From positions 1 to 64,000 of the forward strand of contig JASFQK010000005.1 of NCBI GenBank assembly GCA_050115495.1: 64,000 bases of DNA, written 5' to 3'. A program made the translations under genes and the position numbers. The notes under the pieces are model-generated. The model was not told the DNA's origin. It was given only the letters and a program-made list of their open reading frames with translations, and ran no database searches. The DNA is from Phycisphaerae bacterium (lineage in GTDB: Bacteria > Planctomycetota > Phycisphaerae > UBA1845 > Fen-1342). Below are positions 1-10,649 of the stretch, piece by piece (within the stretch, counting starts at the first letter, position 1; each line of letters begins with the position of its first letter).

Positions 1-986
1 GCTGGAGTGGCGGCGGTGGATCCGGTGGCAGCATCTACGTGACGGCAGGCACGTTGGCTGGTTCCGGTGTGATCTCGGCGGACGGAGGAGTCGGCAGCGC
101 AGGTGCCGGCGGCGGCGGCGGCGGACGGATCGCTCTCTACTACGGCGTAAGTACTTTCGGCGGGTCGTTGTCGGCCTGCGGCGGCGAAGTCCTTTCTCAC
201 GATGGCGGAGCGGGGACGATATTCAGCAAGTCGCTCGCACAGTCGTGGGGGGATCTGCTCATCGACAACTGTGGAAGCACGGAAACTGCCACATTGACGC
301 CGATCACGTCGTTGGACACGTTGGATAGCTTGGTGGTTACCGGTGGCGCGGTCGCGGAGCTTCCAGTTACGTTAACGCTGAGCGACCTGCAGGTCGGAAC
401 AAGTGGACAGTTAACTCACCCCGCTGGGCAGGTAGCAGATCTGACGGTTCTTGGCGACGCGATGGTGGCGGACGGCGGGATGATCTGGGCCAGCATGAAC
501 TTGACGGTCGCTGGGCACCTGACGATCGACGCTGGCTGCGCCATCACGGCGGATGGGAAGGGTTATGGTCCAGCGAGTGGCCCTGGGGCCGGTGGCAGTG
601 TAACCAGCACGGGACACGGAGGGGGTGGCGGCTACGGCGGTACAGGCGGAGAGAGTTCTGCGGCTGGAGGCGGTACATATGGTTCGCCGCTGGCGCCGGT
701 GGACTTGGGCAGTGGCGGCGGCGATGGCTACGGGCGGAGCGGCGGGAGTGGCGGTGGTGCGCTTCGGTTGTCGGTGGATGGAACGCTGATGGTAGCAGGA
801 AGCCTGACCGCCGTGGGTGAGGACGGCGAATACCACGGTACGGGCTGGAGTGGCGGCGGTGGATCCGGTGGCAGCATCTACGTGACGGCAGGCACGTTGG
901 CTGGTTCCGGTGTGATCTCGGCGGACGGAGGAGTCGGCAGCGCAGGTGCCGGCGGCGGCGGCGGCGGACGAATCGCTCTCTACTAC
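1..986 (+). repeat. Near-identical intragenic direct repeat (1-143 vs 844-986; period 843 nt = 281 aa)
   Basis: Both copies read gctggagtggcggcggtggatccggtggcagcatctacgtgacggcaggcacgttggctggttcc...atcgctctctactac. Confidence 0.9.
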
Positions 987-3900
987 TTCGACGTATCGGG
1001 CTTCTCAGGGGACGTTCACGCGGACGGTGGCGACGGATACAACGATGGCGAACCCGGCACAGTGTATTACTACTGGAACGAAGAACCCCATGTCCTTGAG
1101 CACCGCCCGAACAGGTTGATCGAGCAACCGGTAGATCACATCGATGTCCGGTTCGATGAGCCGCTCAATGGCGCGACATTCACAGCAGACGACCTCGTCC
1201 TGGTCGATCCGAATGTGAGTACGTTTCCCGTATCTGACCCCATCCTCCTCGGTGGAAACTGGTGGCGGATCACGTTCGCACCGCAGTCCACTGAAGGCAC
1301 ATATCACCTGTATGTGGGGCCGCACATCGAGGATCTCACGGGTCTTGAGCTAAACCAAGATGGCGACCTCACAGGCGGGGAAGAGCCCGACGATGTGTAC
1401 GACGCCGATTTCACGGTCGTATTCGCCGAAGAACTGGTCGTCGGAGTCCAGTCGCCGGGCGCGTTCACCGAACCAGGGTATTCCAGGTACTACAAGTTCG
1501 ACGTGGACGCTGGCGCCGATATCGAGATTCAATTGGATGATCTCGACGACGAGGGCGAGAACGAGTTGTATGTCAGCTTCGAGCAGCTTCCGACGCGCCT
1601 CGAACATGACTTCCACTACACACTGGACCCGTCCGCCGATCAACAAGTGCGCATCCCAGGTACACGGGCGGGCACCTATTACGTATTGGCCTACGGTCGA
1701 GAGATTCCTGCTCCCGGGCCATCCGCGTTCACCATCGAGGCCGCCTGTCTACCGCTCGCAATCACCAGCGCGGATCCGAGCTACGGCTCTAACACCGAGC
1801 TGTGCTCGGCCACCGTGACGATCCGCGGAAGCGGCTTTAACCCTGCGGCGACTGTTGCGCTTCGTCGCGAGGGGCACGCCGATGTGCCCGCGACAAGTGT
1901 CTCCTGGATCGATACTGGCACCATCACCACCACCTTGTTCCTCCTGGGCCAAGAAAACGGTGAATGGAGCTTGGTAGTCAGCAACCCTGCCGCTGGCGAG
2001 GCAGCGGTGCCTTTCACCGTCTTGGAGGCTGTCCTACTTCAGCTCGACACCAGTCTGGTCCTGCCAAACGCGGTGGGCTACCACACTACCGCTACGATCT
2101 ATGTGGACTACACGAACGCTGGAAGCACCACCATTTCGGCACCGTTACTCGTGCTCACGGCCTCGCAGAACGGCAGGCAGGCAGCCTTGCTGACGCTTGA
2201 TAGTAGCCGTCTGGTCAGTGGCTTCTGGACGTCGGCAATCCCGGAGGGCTTTGCCAACTCCGTGCAGTTCAGGGCGTCTGGAGCCACACCCGGTGTCCTG
2301 CAGCCCGGCGAATCGGGCCGCGTGGCCGTCTACTATGCTGGTTGGCAGCAGCCTTGGGACTTCAGTTACCCGCCAATCAACTGGAGTCTCGGCGGTCTGG
2401 GCGATGACAATCCTGTGGCTGTCGACTGGGCCGCCTTGAAAGCCGACCTGCGGCCACCTTACATACGCGAGGACGCGTGGGACGCCGTTTGGGCCAATTT
2501 CACGAACCAGGTCGGTTCCACTTGGGGCGACTACGTGGCGAGCCTCAGCGAGAATGCTGTCTACCTTGGCGGGCTTGGCGAGCAGGTGACGGATATCGGG
2601 AAACTGCTCGCGTTTGAGCTTCTGCAGGCTGACGGCCTGAGCCCGCTACGCACGCTGGCCAGCGCGGTGGATGCGGCGGTCGAGGCGCCGGGCCTGCCCT
2701 TGGTCTTTTCGCGCTCGTTCGCCACGCCGATTTCACAGCGGTTCGAATTGGGAGCGCTGGGCCGTGGCTGGTCGCACAACTGGCAGTTTGCTCTCAGCGA
2801 GGCGGCTGACGGGACCGTGACGATTACCGGGCCGGGCGGCTCTCGCCGCACGCTTCAGCCGGACAGCCGTGACAGCAGCCACTACTTCACGCAGCCCGGC
2901 GACCATGCCACGCTCACGCCACTGGGTGGCGGTGTATTCTCGTTGCAGGAGCCCGGCGGGCTGCTGCGCGTATTCCGCGCTGACGGCAAACTGGATTACG
3001 TTGAGGACACCAACGGCAACCGCATCACCTGCGCGTACAGCGGTGGATTGCTCGCCAGCCTGACCCACTCCTCTGGTCAGTTCCTGCAACTGATCTACAA
3101 CGGGGCCGGACGTGTTGAGAGCGTCACCGACCACTTGAACCGCGCCACCACATTCACTTACGACGGCACGGACGAGCACTTGCTGACCGCAGATTACTAC
3201 GACGGTCGAACGACGACGTACGCCTATGATCTGTCAGTGGGCCCGAGCCAGCACGCCTTGATTGAGGCCACCAGTTCCTGCTGCGGCACCCGCTACTTCG
3301 ACTACGACGCGCAGGGTCGACTCGCGGTAACGCACCTTGAAAACGACGCCGAAGCCGTGACCTTCACCTATGACACCACCGGTAAGGTGACTGCGACGGA
3401 CGCTTGGGCCGCTGAGAGCGATTTCTACTTCGACTACCGTGGGTTGCTGCTGAAGACCGAGGATGCCTTGGACAACGCCGTTCAGATGGCGTTTGACAAC
3501 GACTACAACCTCGTGCGCCTGACTGATCCGGCCGGCAACTTCTACGAATACGCGTACGACAGCAAGGGCAATCTCACGCAGAGCACCGACCCGCTGGGAA
3601 ATGCGTCACACTTCACGTATGCACCTCCCTTCAACCGCTTGGCCTCCGTCACGGACGCGAACGAGAACGTGACCAGTTACAGCTACGCCACGGGCACAGG
3701 CAATCTGCAGTCGATCACGTACGCCGACGACAGCTTCGAGAGCTGGACCTACGATGCGTACGGCAACCCCGCGTGCTGGACCAACCGCCGCGGCAACGAT
3801 ACGCCCGGCGACCCCAACGACCACGTCATCTGCTACGACTATGATGCCGACGGTCGCCTCACGGGCAAGACCTATGCCGACGGCTCGCAAGCCGAATACG

Positions 3901-6653
3901 TCTACGATACGCGCGGCAACTTGACCGAGGCCCGGACGCTCGACCCGAATCAGGCCACGGTCGAAGAATCCGTCATGACCTATGACACCAATGACCGCCT
4001 CACGCACATCACGTACACCGGCGGCCAGTGGCTCTCCTTCACGTACGATGCCGCAGGCCGCCGGGCCACTAGCGAGGACCAGCTCGGCCACATTCTGAAC
4101 TACTTTTACGATTATGCCGGGCGGCTGGAGAGCATGACCGACGAACTCGATGCGCTGGTCGTCAGTTACGAGTACGACGCGGTAGGCCGCCTGGCCAGCA
4201 AGACGCTCGGCAACGGCATAGTCACGACCTACACGTACGACGACGCCGGTCAGCTACTGACGCTGACCAACAAGCTCGCGGACGAGACGCCGATCTCCTG
4301 GTTCGACTATACGTACGACAGCCGTGGCCGCCGCACCGAGATGGTCACGCATTACGGCACGTGGACCTACGATTACGACGACCAGGGCCAGTTGACGCAT
4401 GCCGAGCTGAGTTCAACCGACCCGGAGATACCCGATCAGGATCTTACCTACGTCTACGACGACGTGGGCAACCGCACTCAAACGACGGAAAACGGCGTTG
4501 TCACGGATTACACTCCCAACAACCTGAACCAGTATACTGCCGTCGGCGACACCAACTACGCCTTTGATTTCGACGGCAACCTGATCCAGGAAACCTCGCC
4601 CACGGGCACGACGACGTACACGTACAATGACGAGAACAAGCTCGTTGCCGTCAGCAACGGCACCGATACCTGGGAGTATGTGTACGACGCCTTGGCCAAC
4701 CGTGTGGTCACGACCGAAAACGGCACGACCACACGCTTTGTGATCGATCCAACAGGGATTGGTGACTTCGTGGGCGAATACGATGACGCAGGCAACCTCG
4801 CGGCGCGCTATGACTACGGCGTTGGCTTGCTGGCCCGCGCCGACGCTGCAGGTGCTGCTGCATACTACACCTTCGACACTATCGGCAGTGCCCACCAACT
4901 CGTAACCAGCGCCGGAGCCGTCGCCAACACTTATGCCTACGCGCCGTTCGGCTCACTGCTTCAACGGACTGAGAACATCCCCAGTCCTTTCCAGTTCATA
5001 GGGGAATTCGGAGTAACGAAAGAAGAGAACGGGCTAGACTTCATGCGGGCGAGGCTGTATCGCCCACATCTTGGGACGTTCCTTTCAGCAGATCCGCTGG
5101 GATTGGCAGCAGGGTCAGCGAACTTATATCTGTACTGCAAGAATAATCCAGTTTTACTGAGAGACCCTGCCGGCTTGGCGACTTGGTACAGGTCGGACGT
5201 AGTAACCAAATATGGGATCAAGATCATGGAGCGGTACGGTCCTCGGTACGGCTTGGAGATCATTAAGGATGTCTTGGCTTTCCCGGCGGGGCCAAGTACG
5301 CTTGGTTCGTATTTCTTTAAGCCACTGGTTGCTAGAATATTCGGAGGCATTGGCTTTGTCGTCAGCTTTCTGGTGTTTGACGTCCAACCATTGGGCGAAA
5401 CTGAGGAGGAGCTCAGGGAGCTCGACCCGGCGTATGGCTCTTCTGGTCCGCCACTCAGCGGGGGAACGTGGAATCCCCTATGGCGGCCACCCTCTTTGCC
5501 GGTTCCTCCTGCGCAACCTGGTGGCACCGGTAACAGTGGCACGTCCGGATCACGGGACCCGAACATAAAGACCGGCCCCGCTGGCTTTGGCGCGGCTAAC
5601 TTCGTTGCCGATGGCGAGACATTCTCTTACCGGATCGACTTCGAGAACGACGACACCGCGACAGCGCCGGCCCAGCAGGTTGTCATCAGCGACCCACTCA
5701 GCAGCGACCTGGTTTGGAGCACGTTCCGCGTGAGCGAGGTGGCCTTCGGCGATCAGCTCATTGAAGCGCCGCCTGATTCGCAGCTCGTGCAAGCGACCGT
5801 CCCAATGAGTTATCTGGACACAGCCTTCGAAGTGCAGCTTGAGGTGGGCATCCACGTCGACACGGGTGAGGTATACGCCACGTTCTATTCCATCGACCCG
5901 GATACCGGGTTACCGCCGCCCGTCGACATCGGTTTCCTGCCGCCCGAGGACGGAACGGGCCGTGGCATGGGATGTATCACTTTCGTAATAGACGCGAACC
6001 CCGGCCTGGCGACGGGCACGGAGATCCGCAACGTGGCCTGCACCCAGTTCGATGCCGGCGAGATCATCTGCACCAACCAAGTCGATCCGCATGACCCGGG
6101 CCAGGGTACCGACCCAGACATGGAAGCGCTCGCGACCATCGACGCCGACCCGCCGACCAGCAGCGTCGTTGATCTGCCCCCCGCCACGTACGGGACTCCG
6201 TTCACCGTGACATGGACCAGCGACGATGGGGAGGGCGCCGGCGTTGCCCAGTACGACGTGTATCTCTCGGTCGACGGCGGACCGTTCGGCCTGTGGATCA
6301 GCACCCCCGAAGACTCCGCCTCGTTGAACGGCCAGCGCGGACACAGCTACGCCTTCTACACCGTCGCGACGGATGGTGCGGGCAATGTCGAGGATGTGCT
6401 GGCTGAGGCGGATACGATGACGGTTGTCTGGCTGCGCGGCCCCGGCGACATCGACGGCGATGCCGATATCGACGCGGACGACTTCGCCGGCTTCGCCAAC
6501 TGCATGGCGGGTCCGTACAACCTCCCGACACCGACGTGGCCGGACGTCACCGAAGAGCATTGCCTCGACGCGTTCGATTTTGAGGATGACTACGACGTGG
6601 ATCTCAGCGATTTCGCCGAGTTCCAGCGGATCTTCAGCGGAAGCCAACCTTGA
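1..6653 (+). CDS. Giant secreted RHS/YD-repeat protein, 5'-truncated by the window: Gly-rich repeats, Ig/PPC-like domains, RHS core, C-terminal dockerin-like tail
   Basis: ORF of more than 2200 aa, open at the left edge. Many YD/YDxxGR repeats; RHS core 'PFQFIGEFG...GLDFMRARLY...FLSADPLG...NLYLYCKNNPVLLRDPAGL'; C-terminal 'GDIDGDADIDADDF...DYDVDLSDFAEFQRIF'. Confidence 0.9.
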   Translation, partial: WSGGGGSGGSIYVTAGTLAGSGVISADGGVGSAGAGGGGGGRIALYYGVSTFGGSLSACGGEVLSHDGGAGTIFSKSLAQSWGDLLIDNCGSTETATLTPITSLDTLDSLVVTGGAVAELPVTLTLSDLQVGTSGQLTHPAGQVADLTVLGDAMVADGGMIWASMNLTVAGHLTIDAGCAITADGKGYGPASGPGAGGSVTSTGHGGGGGYGGTGGESSAAGGGTYGSPLAPVDLGSGGGDGYGRSGGSGGGALRLSVDGTLMVAGSLTAVGEDGEYHGTGWSGGGGSGGSIYVTAGTLAGSGVISADGGVGSAGAGGGGGGRIALYYFDVSGFSGDVHADGGDGYNDGEPGTVYYYWNEEPHVLEHRPNRLIEQPVDHIDVRFDEPLNGATFTADDLVLVDPNVSTFPVSDPILLGGNWWRITFAPQSTEGTYHLYVGPHIEDLTGLELNQDGDLTGGEEPDDVYDADFTVVFAEELVVGVQSPGAFTEPGYSRYYKFDVDAGADIEIQLDDLDDEGENELYVSFEQLPTRLEHDFHYTLDPSADQQVRIPGTRAGTYYVLAYGREIPAPGPSAFTIEAACLPLAITSADPSYGSNTELCSATVTIRGSGFNPAATVALRREGHADVPATSVSWIDTGTITTTLFLLGQENGEWSLVVSNPAAGEAAVPFTVLEAVLLQLDTSLVLPNAVGYHTTATIYVDYTNAGSTTISAPLLVLTASQNGRQAALLTLDSSRLVSGFWTSAIPEGFANSVQFRASGATPGVLQPGESGRVAVYYAGWQQPWDFSYPPINWSLGGLGDDNPVAVDWAALKADLRPPYIREDAWDAVWANFTNQVGSTWGDYVASLSENAVYLGGLGEQVTDIGKLLAFELLQADGLSPLRTLASAVDAAVEAPGLPLVFSRSFATPISQRFELGALGRGWSHNWQFALSEAADGTVTITGPGGSRRTLQPDSRDSSHYFTQPGDHATLTPLGGGVFSLQEPGGLLRVFRADGKLDYVEDTNGNRITCAYSGGLLASLTHSSGQFLQLIYNGAGRVESVTDHLNRATTFTYDGTDEHLLTADYYDGRTTTYAYDLSVGPSQHALIEATSSCCGTRYFDYDAQGRLAVTHLENDAEAVTFTYDTTGKVTATDAWAAESDFYFDYRGLLLKTEDALDNAVQMAFDNDYNLVRLTDPAGNFYEYAYDSKGNLTQSTDPLGNASHFTYAPPFNRLASVTDANENVTSYSYATGTGNLQSITYADDSFESWTYDAYGNPACWTNRRGNDTPGDPNDHVICYDYDADGRLTGKTYADGSQAEYVYDTRGNLTEARTLDPNQATVEESVMTYDTNDRLTHITYTGGQWLSFTYDAAGRRATSEDQLGHILNYFYDYAGRLESMTDELDALVVSYEYDAVGRLASKTLGNGIVTTYTYDDAGQLLTLTNKLADETPISWFDYTYDSRGRRTEMVTHYGTWTYDYDDQGQLTHAELSSTDPEIPDQDLTYVYDDVGNRTQTTENGVVTDYTPNNLNQYTAVGDTNYAFDFDGNLIQETSPTGTTTYTYNDENKLVAVSNGTDTWEYVYDALANRVVTTENGTTTRFVIDPTGIGDFVGEYDDAGNLAARYDYGVGLLARADAAGAAAYYTFDTIGSAHQLVTSAGAVANTYAYAPFGSLLQRTENIPSPFQFIGEFGVTKEENGLDFMRARLYRPHLGTFLSADPLGLAAGSANLYLYCKNNPVLLRDPAGLATWYRSDVVTKYGIKIMERYGPRYGLEIIKDVLAFPAGPSTLGSYFFKPLVARIFGGIGFVVSFLVFDVQPLGETEEELRELDPAYGSSGPPLSGGTWNPLWRPPSLPVPPAQPGGTGNSGTSGSRDPNIKTGPAGFGAANFVADGETFSYRIDFENDDTATAPAQQVVISDPLSSDLVWSTFRVSEVAFGDQLIEAPPDSQLVQATVPMSYLDTAFEVQLEVGIHVDTGEVYATFYSIDPDTGLPPPVDIGFLPPEDGTGRGMGCITFVIDANPGLATGTEIRNVACTQFDAGEIICTNQVDPHDPGQGTDPDMEALATIDADPPTSSVVDLPPATYGTPFTVTWTSDDGEGAGVAQYDVYLSVDGGPFGLWISTPEDSASLNGQRGHSYAFYTVATDGAGNVEDVLAEADTMTVVWLRGPGDIDGDADIDADDFAGFANCMAGPYNLPTPTWPDVTEEHCLDAFDFEDDYDVDLSDFAEFQRIFSGSQP

Positions 6654-7560
6654 AGAGCCGGAAGCGTCACAACGTACGAGGGGCCGCGCTGGCAGGGCGC
6701 CCCTTGCACACTCCGGCGTAATTGGCGCCCGCTGACCCAGCCGGGAAGGCAGTCGAGCCGAAGTCGCCTCGCACGACGTCCAGCTCAACAGGCTGGCAGT
6801 CATCGATCCAGGACAACTGGAAATCTGGGGTCCCCCACGCGAGCTCCCCGGAATGCGCCGCCGAAGTTGAGCAGCATGCCGTGGTTCCATTCGCCACGAA
6901 ATGGACCCCCGCCCGGCGTACCGTCGCCAATCGCGGGAGCCGCCGAGCGAGGATGCAGACAGTGCTCAGCGCAGAGCGCCGGCCGAACCTTGGAACTTGC
7001 TACCACCGGGCGTCGGGGGTCATGAGCTGGCTGAGTAACACATCCGGCGTCAGTCAGCGGCGCATGGTGGCTCATGAAAACAGAAGCCATAGCGCAAGTA
7101 GTTATGTGTCAATGGCTTATGTCTGTTTCTCGGATCGAATAAGGCGTTGCCAGCGTGTGCCGTTTCTTCACACTGGCCAAGCCGGCACCAAGACGCCTGT
7201 TTACTGGGCTGAATGACCGTCGACGGCCTCCATGGCAAACCCAGCCCCATTCCAAGGCGCGGTATAAACAAACGCCCAGGGCTCCATCGCATGTCATTGT
7301 CTTGTAAGGAGTTGTGACATGGTCTCTCGCCGGAGGCCGGTGTTGCGACGGGACTCAACCCGGCAGCTTGCCACATCCAACCTGTTGACGGCTGCCTTAA
7401 GTTCGCACGCCGGGGCGCTTCGATGGCGAAGCCCGTTCTCAACCGTCCCCGCTTCTGACCACCCCAACGGAGTCTTGAGCCCCATGTTCGCGACTTCGCG
7501 ACGTGCGGTTACCGCTTTTCCTGATGCACGTCCGCGGCGTGGACGCCGCACTCCACCCCG

Positions 7561-7589
7561 TTGACACGCCCGAATCACAAAGGTAGCGT
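7561..7589 (+). promoter_or_regulatory. Sigma70-type promoter for the precursor peptide/radical SAM genes
   Basis: TTGACA-17 nt-TAGCGT, ending about 45 nt upstream of ATG 7633. Confidence 0.55.
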
Positions 7590-7632
7590 AGAGGGAGATC
7601 GAGCTGACGCGTCACAGCATGGGAGATGTATC

Positions 7633-7830
7633 ATGGATCCCCAGAACGAGCCGAAGGCGCCACCCGTCGAGGCGCAGCGCCCCCTTGGTGAACGATCCGA
7701 GTCCAGCGTTCGGCCCCTGAATTTCCGCGCTGACCAGCTGCAGCGGGCAGACCTTGAGCATGTCGCCCGTCAAACGAAGGCAGCTTCTGCAGATTGCGGA
7801 CTCTGCAAGCTCGTTGGCGGCGACGGCTAG
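7633..7830 (+). CDS. Putative RiPP precursor peptide (65 aa, C-terminal CGLC)
   Basis: GGGAGA RBS before ATG. Sequence MDPQNEPKAP...VRPLNFRADQLQRADLEHVARQTKAASADCGLCKLVGGDG. Lies directly upstream of a radical SAM/SPASM gene. Confidence 0.65.
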   Translation: MDPQNEPKAPPVEAQRPLGERSESSVRPLNFRADQLQRADLEHVARQTKAASADCGLCKLVGGDG

Positions 7831-7903
7831 GGCCTGCTCCCCGCGGATACCTGCGCGCGTCGTCACGCAGATCGCTGGAACACGTCAGCGGGAGAGCGAT
7901 GCG

Positions 7904-9199
7904 ATGCGCCTGATGCCAGTACCGCAGTCTTCCCTCATTCTCATTGAACATAAGCACGGTTACCGACTCTTCTGCAGTTCATCCGCTCTTCTGATGGACC
8001 TGTGCGCACGATCGTGGCAAGAGGCCTTTGCGACAGCTCAGCGACTTGCTGCAGATTGGCCGGCACCGGCAGATTTGCAGGAAGGCGATCAGCGGACGGT
8101 CTTCTTGACTGTGTGTCTTACATCCGAATGCAACCTGTCGTGTCAGTACTGCTACCTTCACGGGGCCTATCCCGATTGGCCCGTGCCGGATTCCCCCACC
8201 AGCTCCACATTCTCTGTCGAGCCGATTCTTGAGGAGATTCGCTCAATCCTCGATAGACGCCCACAGTGCTTCGAACTCAACTTCTTCGGCGGTGAACCTC
8301 TCCTGGCCCGCACAGCAATCAATGTGATAACACGCGCTGCACGGGAGCGTTCCAGAGAACTAGGCATACCCATACGTATTGGCGTCACCACGAACGGGAC
8401 CCTCGTCGATTCACCCTTCTTGGAGTGGTGTGCCGCCAACGATGTTACGCTCATGGTTTCTCTCGATTGTCCCCCGAATCTCCACGATCGTTTTCGAGCT
8501 CACGGGCATCCCGGCGCCGACTTCGCAAGCATTTCGGCCCGCCTTCGTGGCTTCGAGGCGAGGACTCATTTCGTCACAACGATTACGCACCAGACACCCA
8601 CTATCAGGAGTGCACTAGAGCCGCTCTTGAACCTCGGCGCGCAGCTGGTCTTCTTCAACCTCGTTCATACGCGCGACGCTGCTCTTGCCTTGCAGCCTCG
8701 CGATGCGAGGCGCTTCGTTGGCGAGTTGCAGGACGCGCAGGACTGGTACAGCTCTGTCTCATCCCGTCTAGGCAATCTCCGGCGCATCTGTGACCTGCTG
8801 TCCGGGCAACGAGCGAAGGAACATCCTTGCGCCGCCGGAAAGGACGGATACGCCATCGCGCCATCCGGTGACCGTTACTTCTGTCACAGCTGCGTGAATC
8901 AACCAGACTATGCGCTTGATTCCAGCCGCCGGCCTCGGTCGAGTTCTCTGCAAGTCCGCTTGCTTTCAACACGTCATGATCCCGCTTGCGAACGGTGTTG
9001 GGCTAGGCGACTTTGCGGCGGCGATTGCTGGCTGATTCGCTGGCATTACTCTCAGGCGGAAAGACGTACGCGATGCACGGCCATTCGCGCCATTGCACGT
9101 TTGGCTTTGTCTATCTATGAGCCCCAGGCAACCTTACAGCCGTCGCGGCTTGCGGTCCGAGGTGGCCCAGGCAACTTGTCTGAGTGGGATGCTCGATGA
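7904..9199 (+). CDS. Radical SAM/SPASM-domain peptide maturase
   Basis: CNLSCQYC (CxxxCxxC), FFGGEPLL, TTNGTL, SLD; SPASM cysteines CAAG...FCHSC...CERCWARRLCGGDC...C; GGAGAG RBS before ATG 7904. Confidence 0.9.
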   Translation: MRLMPVPQSSLILIEHKHGYRLFCSSSALLMDLCARSWQEAFATAQRLAADWPAPADLQEGDQRTVFLTVCLTSECNLSCQYCYLHGAYPDWPVPDSPTSSTFSVEPILEEIRSILDRRPQCFELNFFGGEPLLARTAINVITRAARERSRELGIPIRIGVTTNGTLVDSPFLEWCAANDVTLMVSLDCPPNLHDRFRAHGHPGADFASISARLRGFEARTHFVTTITHQTPTIRSALEPLLNLGAQLVFFNLVHTRDAALALQPRDARRFVGELQDAQDWYSSVSSRLGNLRRICDLLSGQRAKEHPCAAGKDGYAIAPSGDRYFCHSCVNQPDYALDSSRRPRSSSLQVRLLSTRHDPACERCWARRLCGGDCWLIRWHYSQAERRTRCTAIRAIARLALSIYEPQATLQPSRLAVRGGPGNLSEWDAR

Positions 9200-9318
9200 C
9201 AAGAGGGCACCACGAGTGGCTGCTACTATATCTACTTGCCGATCGAGGGAGTGGGCGGCGCGACGTTCGAAACGGTGCAGGTTGTCCGAGTATAGCCCCC
9301 CCTTGCGGAGATGACCAT

Positions 9319-10233
9319 GTGACTTCAAACAAAGCGCAGGTTCCAAAACTCAGCGTCCCCGCAGTCGGCGAGCCGATTACCTTCCGCAATTACGTTGTCG
9401 GGTTCTTTGACATCCTGGGACAGCGCGAGCACCTCAGCCGAATGGGGCCGATCCCATCGAATGAGGACGAGCGAAAGGCGTTCGAGCAGAGGGCGCGACA
9501 TACGGTTGGGGCAATCCATGCGATGAGGACCGTCTTCAACGCGTATTTTGCCAATTACATCCCCGCCGATCCACCTGGGTTCGTGAGCAAGTTGCCCACA
9601 GAGCAGCGCGAGCGCGTTCTTCGAGCGAGTGAGATCGAAGCTTATTTCCAGGGCTTCTCGGACACGCTGATCGTGTTCATGCCCGTGACCAATCGGCACG
9701 ATGCCTATCAATGGCGAGGACTTCATTCCTTGTTCGCCGCGTGCGCGACGCTCGTGCCAACCTTGCTTGGCGAGGAGGTGGCCCTGCGCGGAGCAGTCGA
9801 GTTGGGGGTGGGCGTTGAGTTTGTGGAGGGCGAGATCTACGGCCCCGTCCTGCAACGGACTTATGAGCTAGAAAGCAGGCTTGCCGGTTACCCCCGGATT
9901 GTTGTGGGTGACGCGCTCGTCGGGCATCTGGAGCGTTATGCGCTGCACCGGGGCGAGGCGGAGGTCGAAGGCATCAGCGGCGAGGCGTATGACCGACACT
10001 CAAAGTGGCTTGGCGTGGATGCCGACGGCGTGTCGATCGTTGATTATCTGGGGAAGTCGGCCCGAGAGATGCTCGGCGACTATACGAAGGACCGGATCAA
10101 AGACGCATACCACTTCATCTGTCGGGAAGAGAGACGATTCGAGCAGCGGCGCGATGAGAAACTCGTCGCTCGATACGCCCTCGCGAAGCGGTACTACGAA
10201 ACCAGGTGCTCAGACATTCTGGGTCTGCCGTGA
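9319..10233 (+). CDS. Stand-alone class III nucleotidyl cyclase-like protein
   Basis: Motifs GFFDILG, FSDT, LRGAVELG, IYGP...YELES...YPRIVV; GGAG RBS before GTG 9319. Confidence 0.65.
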   Translation: MTSNKAQVPKLSVPAVGEPITFRNYVVGFFDILGQREHLSRMGPIPSNEDERKAFEQRARHTVGAIHAMRTVFNAYFANYIPADPPGFVSKLPTEQRERVLRASEIEAYFQGFSDTLIVFMPVTNRHDAYQWRGLHSLFAACATLVPTLLGEEVALRGAVELGVGVEFVEGEIYGPVLQRTYELESRLAGYPRIVVGDALVGHLERYALHRGEAEVEGISGEAYDRHSKWLGVDADGVSIVDYLGKSAREMLGDYTKDRIKDAYHFICREERRFEQRRDEKLVARYALAKRYYETRCSDILGLP

Positions 10234-10649
10234 ACACGGAATCCGCAGCGACAAGTCGACGTGAGTATGGCTCGACAATCGGAAGAGGACGGCGAGCATT
10301 TCTCAGTTGCCTTGTAGGATTCCTGCCATCCGAGGTGGCTGTATGCCCCGTTTGCCTTTCTGCGTCAAGGACGCCCAGCCGGAGGAATCGAAAGTTGAGT
10401 ACGCGAGCTAACTTCCCGCACACTATCACGCTGCGCGCGCATCCCGCGTCAACGCCATGAGCCTGAGGCACAGCGTTCAGGTGGGTCGAAGCTCGCCGAG
10501 CCACACATGAGAGCTGTGGCAGAAGGGCGCCACGCAGCACGTGGTGCGGCTGCTGCGCACATGGGCCATGAAAACTCATGAAACACCGCACAGACCATGA
10601 GGACGGCCGACAGCTGTGCGAGTACTGCCAGAATCGGGTATCTTCCCAA

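Noticed and set aside
6800..7090. GxxExxY-protein fragment ('GMLLNFG')
   Set aside because: Only a 7-residue match with no other family motifs.
9319..10233. Canonical Pycsar system
   Set aside because: No adjacent cyclic-nucleotide-binding TIR or transmembrane effector.
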